Source: Hormiphora californensis
Taxonomy: Eukaryota > Animalia > Ctenophora
Assembly (NCBI GenBank): GCA_020137815.1
Contig: CM035350.1
Coordinates: 2,728,001-2,792,000 of the forward strand
Reading direction: 5' to 3'
DNA: 64,000 nucleotides
The translations under genes were made by a program, and so were the position numbers. The notes under the pieces were generated by a model. That model was not told the DNA's origin and did not search any database. It worked only from the letters and a program-made list of their open reading frames with translations. Position 1 is the stretch's first letter. Each line of letters opens with the position of its first letter. Positions 63,382 through 64,000 of the stretch are shown here, one piece after another.

Positions 63382-64000
63382 TAAAAGGGCGGGGAAAAAA
63401 ACCCCCCCCCGGGGGTTTTTGGGGGGGGCCCCCCGGCCCCAAAATTTTTTCCCCCCTTTGGGGGGGGGAATCCAAACCCCCTCCCCCTCCCCCCCTTTTT
63501 TTTTCTCTCTCCTCCTCTCTCTTTTCTCTCTCTCTTTTCTCCCCTCTCTTGCCTCTCCCCTTTCCCTTTTAACCACTTTAAAAAAAAAATTTTTTCCCGC
63601 CCCCTTTCAAAATTTTTTTTAGCCCCGGCATTTGGCCTTTTTGGGGGCCCCCCTCCCCTAACCTTTTAAATTTTAAAAATTTCAATTTTAGCCAAAAAAC
63701 AAAGCTGAATAACATAAAGCCCAAAAAAAAAAAATGACTGAAAACGAACCCCTGCAGCAGGGTGATAAAAACCCACTTTTTGCCCCAATGTTCAAGTCAG
63801 AAGGGGTTTAAAAACGGCCCTTCCTTTTTAGCCCACCCAGCGGCGAATCTGAACCCCCAAGCAAAGGGAAAACAAAAGTGCAGTGAGGGAAAAAATTTTT
63901 CGAGGGCAAATCAAGAATTTTAGAGAAAATTTTTGGGGAAATAAAAGGGGGAAAAAAGGTTTTAATTGGGAAAAACAAAAAAAAAAACCCTTTTTTGGCG
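62995..64000. other. Homopolymer-rich, low-quality terminal sequence
   Basis: Runs of A, G, C and T with no consistent unit; ORFs are all K/G/P/F. Confidence 0.85.

Noticed and set aside
62995-64000. K/G/P/F-rich ORFs and G-quadruplex-like runs
   Set aside because: Homopolymer noise typical of low-quality read ends

Overview
Eukaryotic (animal) genomic DNA with GT-AG introns and no prokaryotic features. The repeat families and GPCR style recall a ctenophore (Pleurobrachia-like), but that is from memory and unverified. Genes, left to right: 3' part of XPC/Rad4 (-); two intronless ORFs that resemble each other and overlap by ATGA (+); a ~20-kb ABCA transporter (+) with a candidate small antisense gene in one intron; SPCA/ATP2C1 Ca2+/Mn2+-ATPase (-) with a complete SLC35F1/2-like gene nested antisense in an intron; an AADAC/HSL-family esterase (-); an orphan 7TM GPCR (-); and CatSper-like channel exons (-). 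Introns and spacers are packed with palindromic MITEs/foldbacks (Merlin-, Kolobok-, hAT-, Tc1/pogo- and Academ-like termini), two tRNA-derived SINEs and multi-level nests. Best leads: (1) two paralogous ABCA exons only 22 nt apart that look mutually exclusive; (2) tandem arrays that amplify real splice junctions 19 and ~28 times; (3) an intact ORF1-only non-LTR retroelement with TSD and (TAA)n tail; (4) the ATGA-coupled ORF pair; (5) several MITE families carrying TTAGGG-like tracts. Caveat: several stretches (about 780-1830, 6880-7140, 17440-17760, 18860-19550, 42000-43100, 62900-64000) look like unpolished, indel-rich sequence, so isolated frameshifts are not taken as pseudogenisation. Exon coordinates were read by eye.
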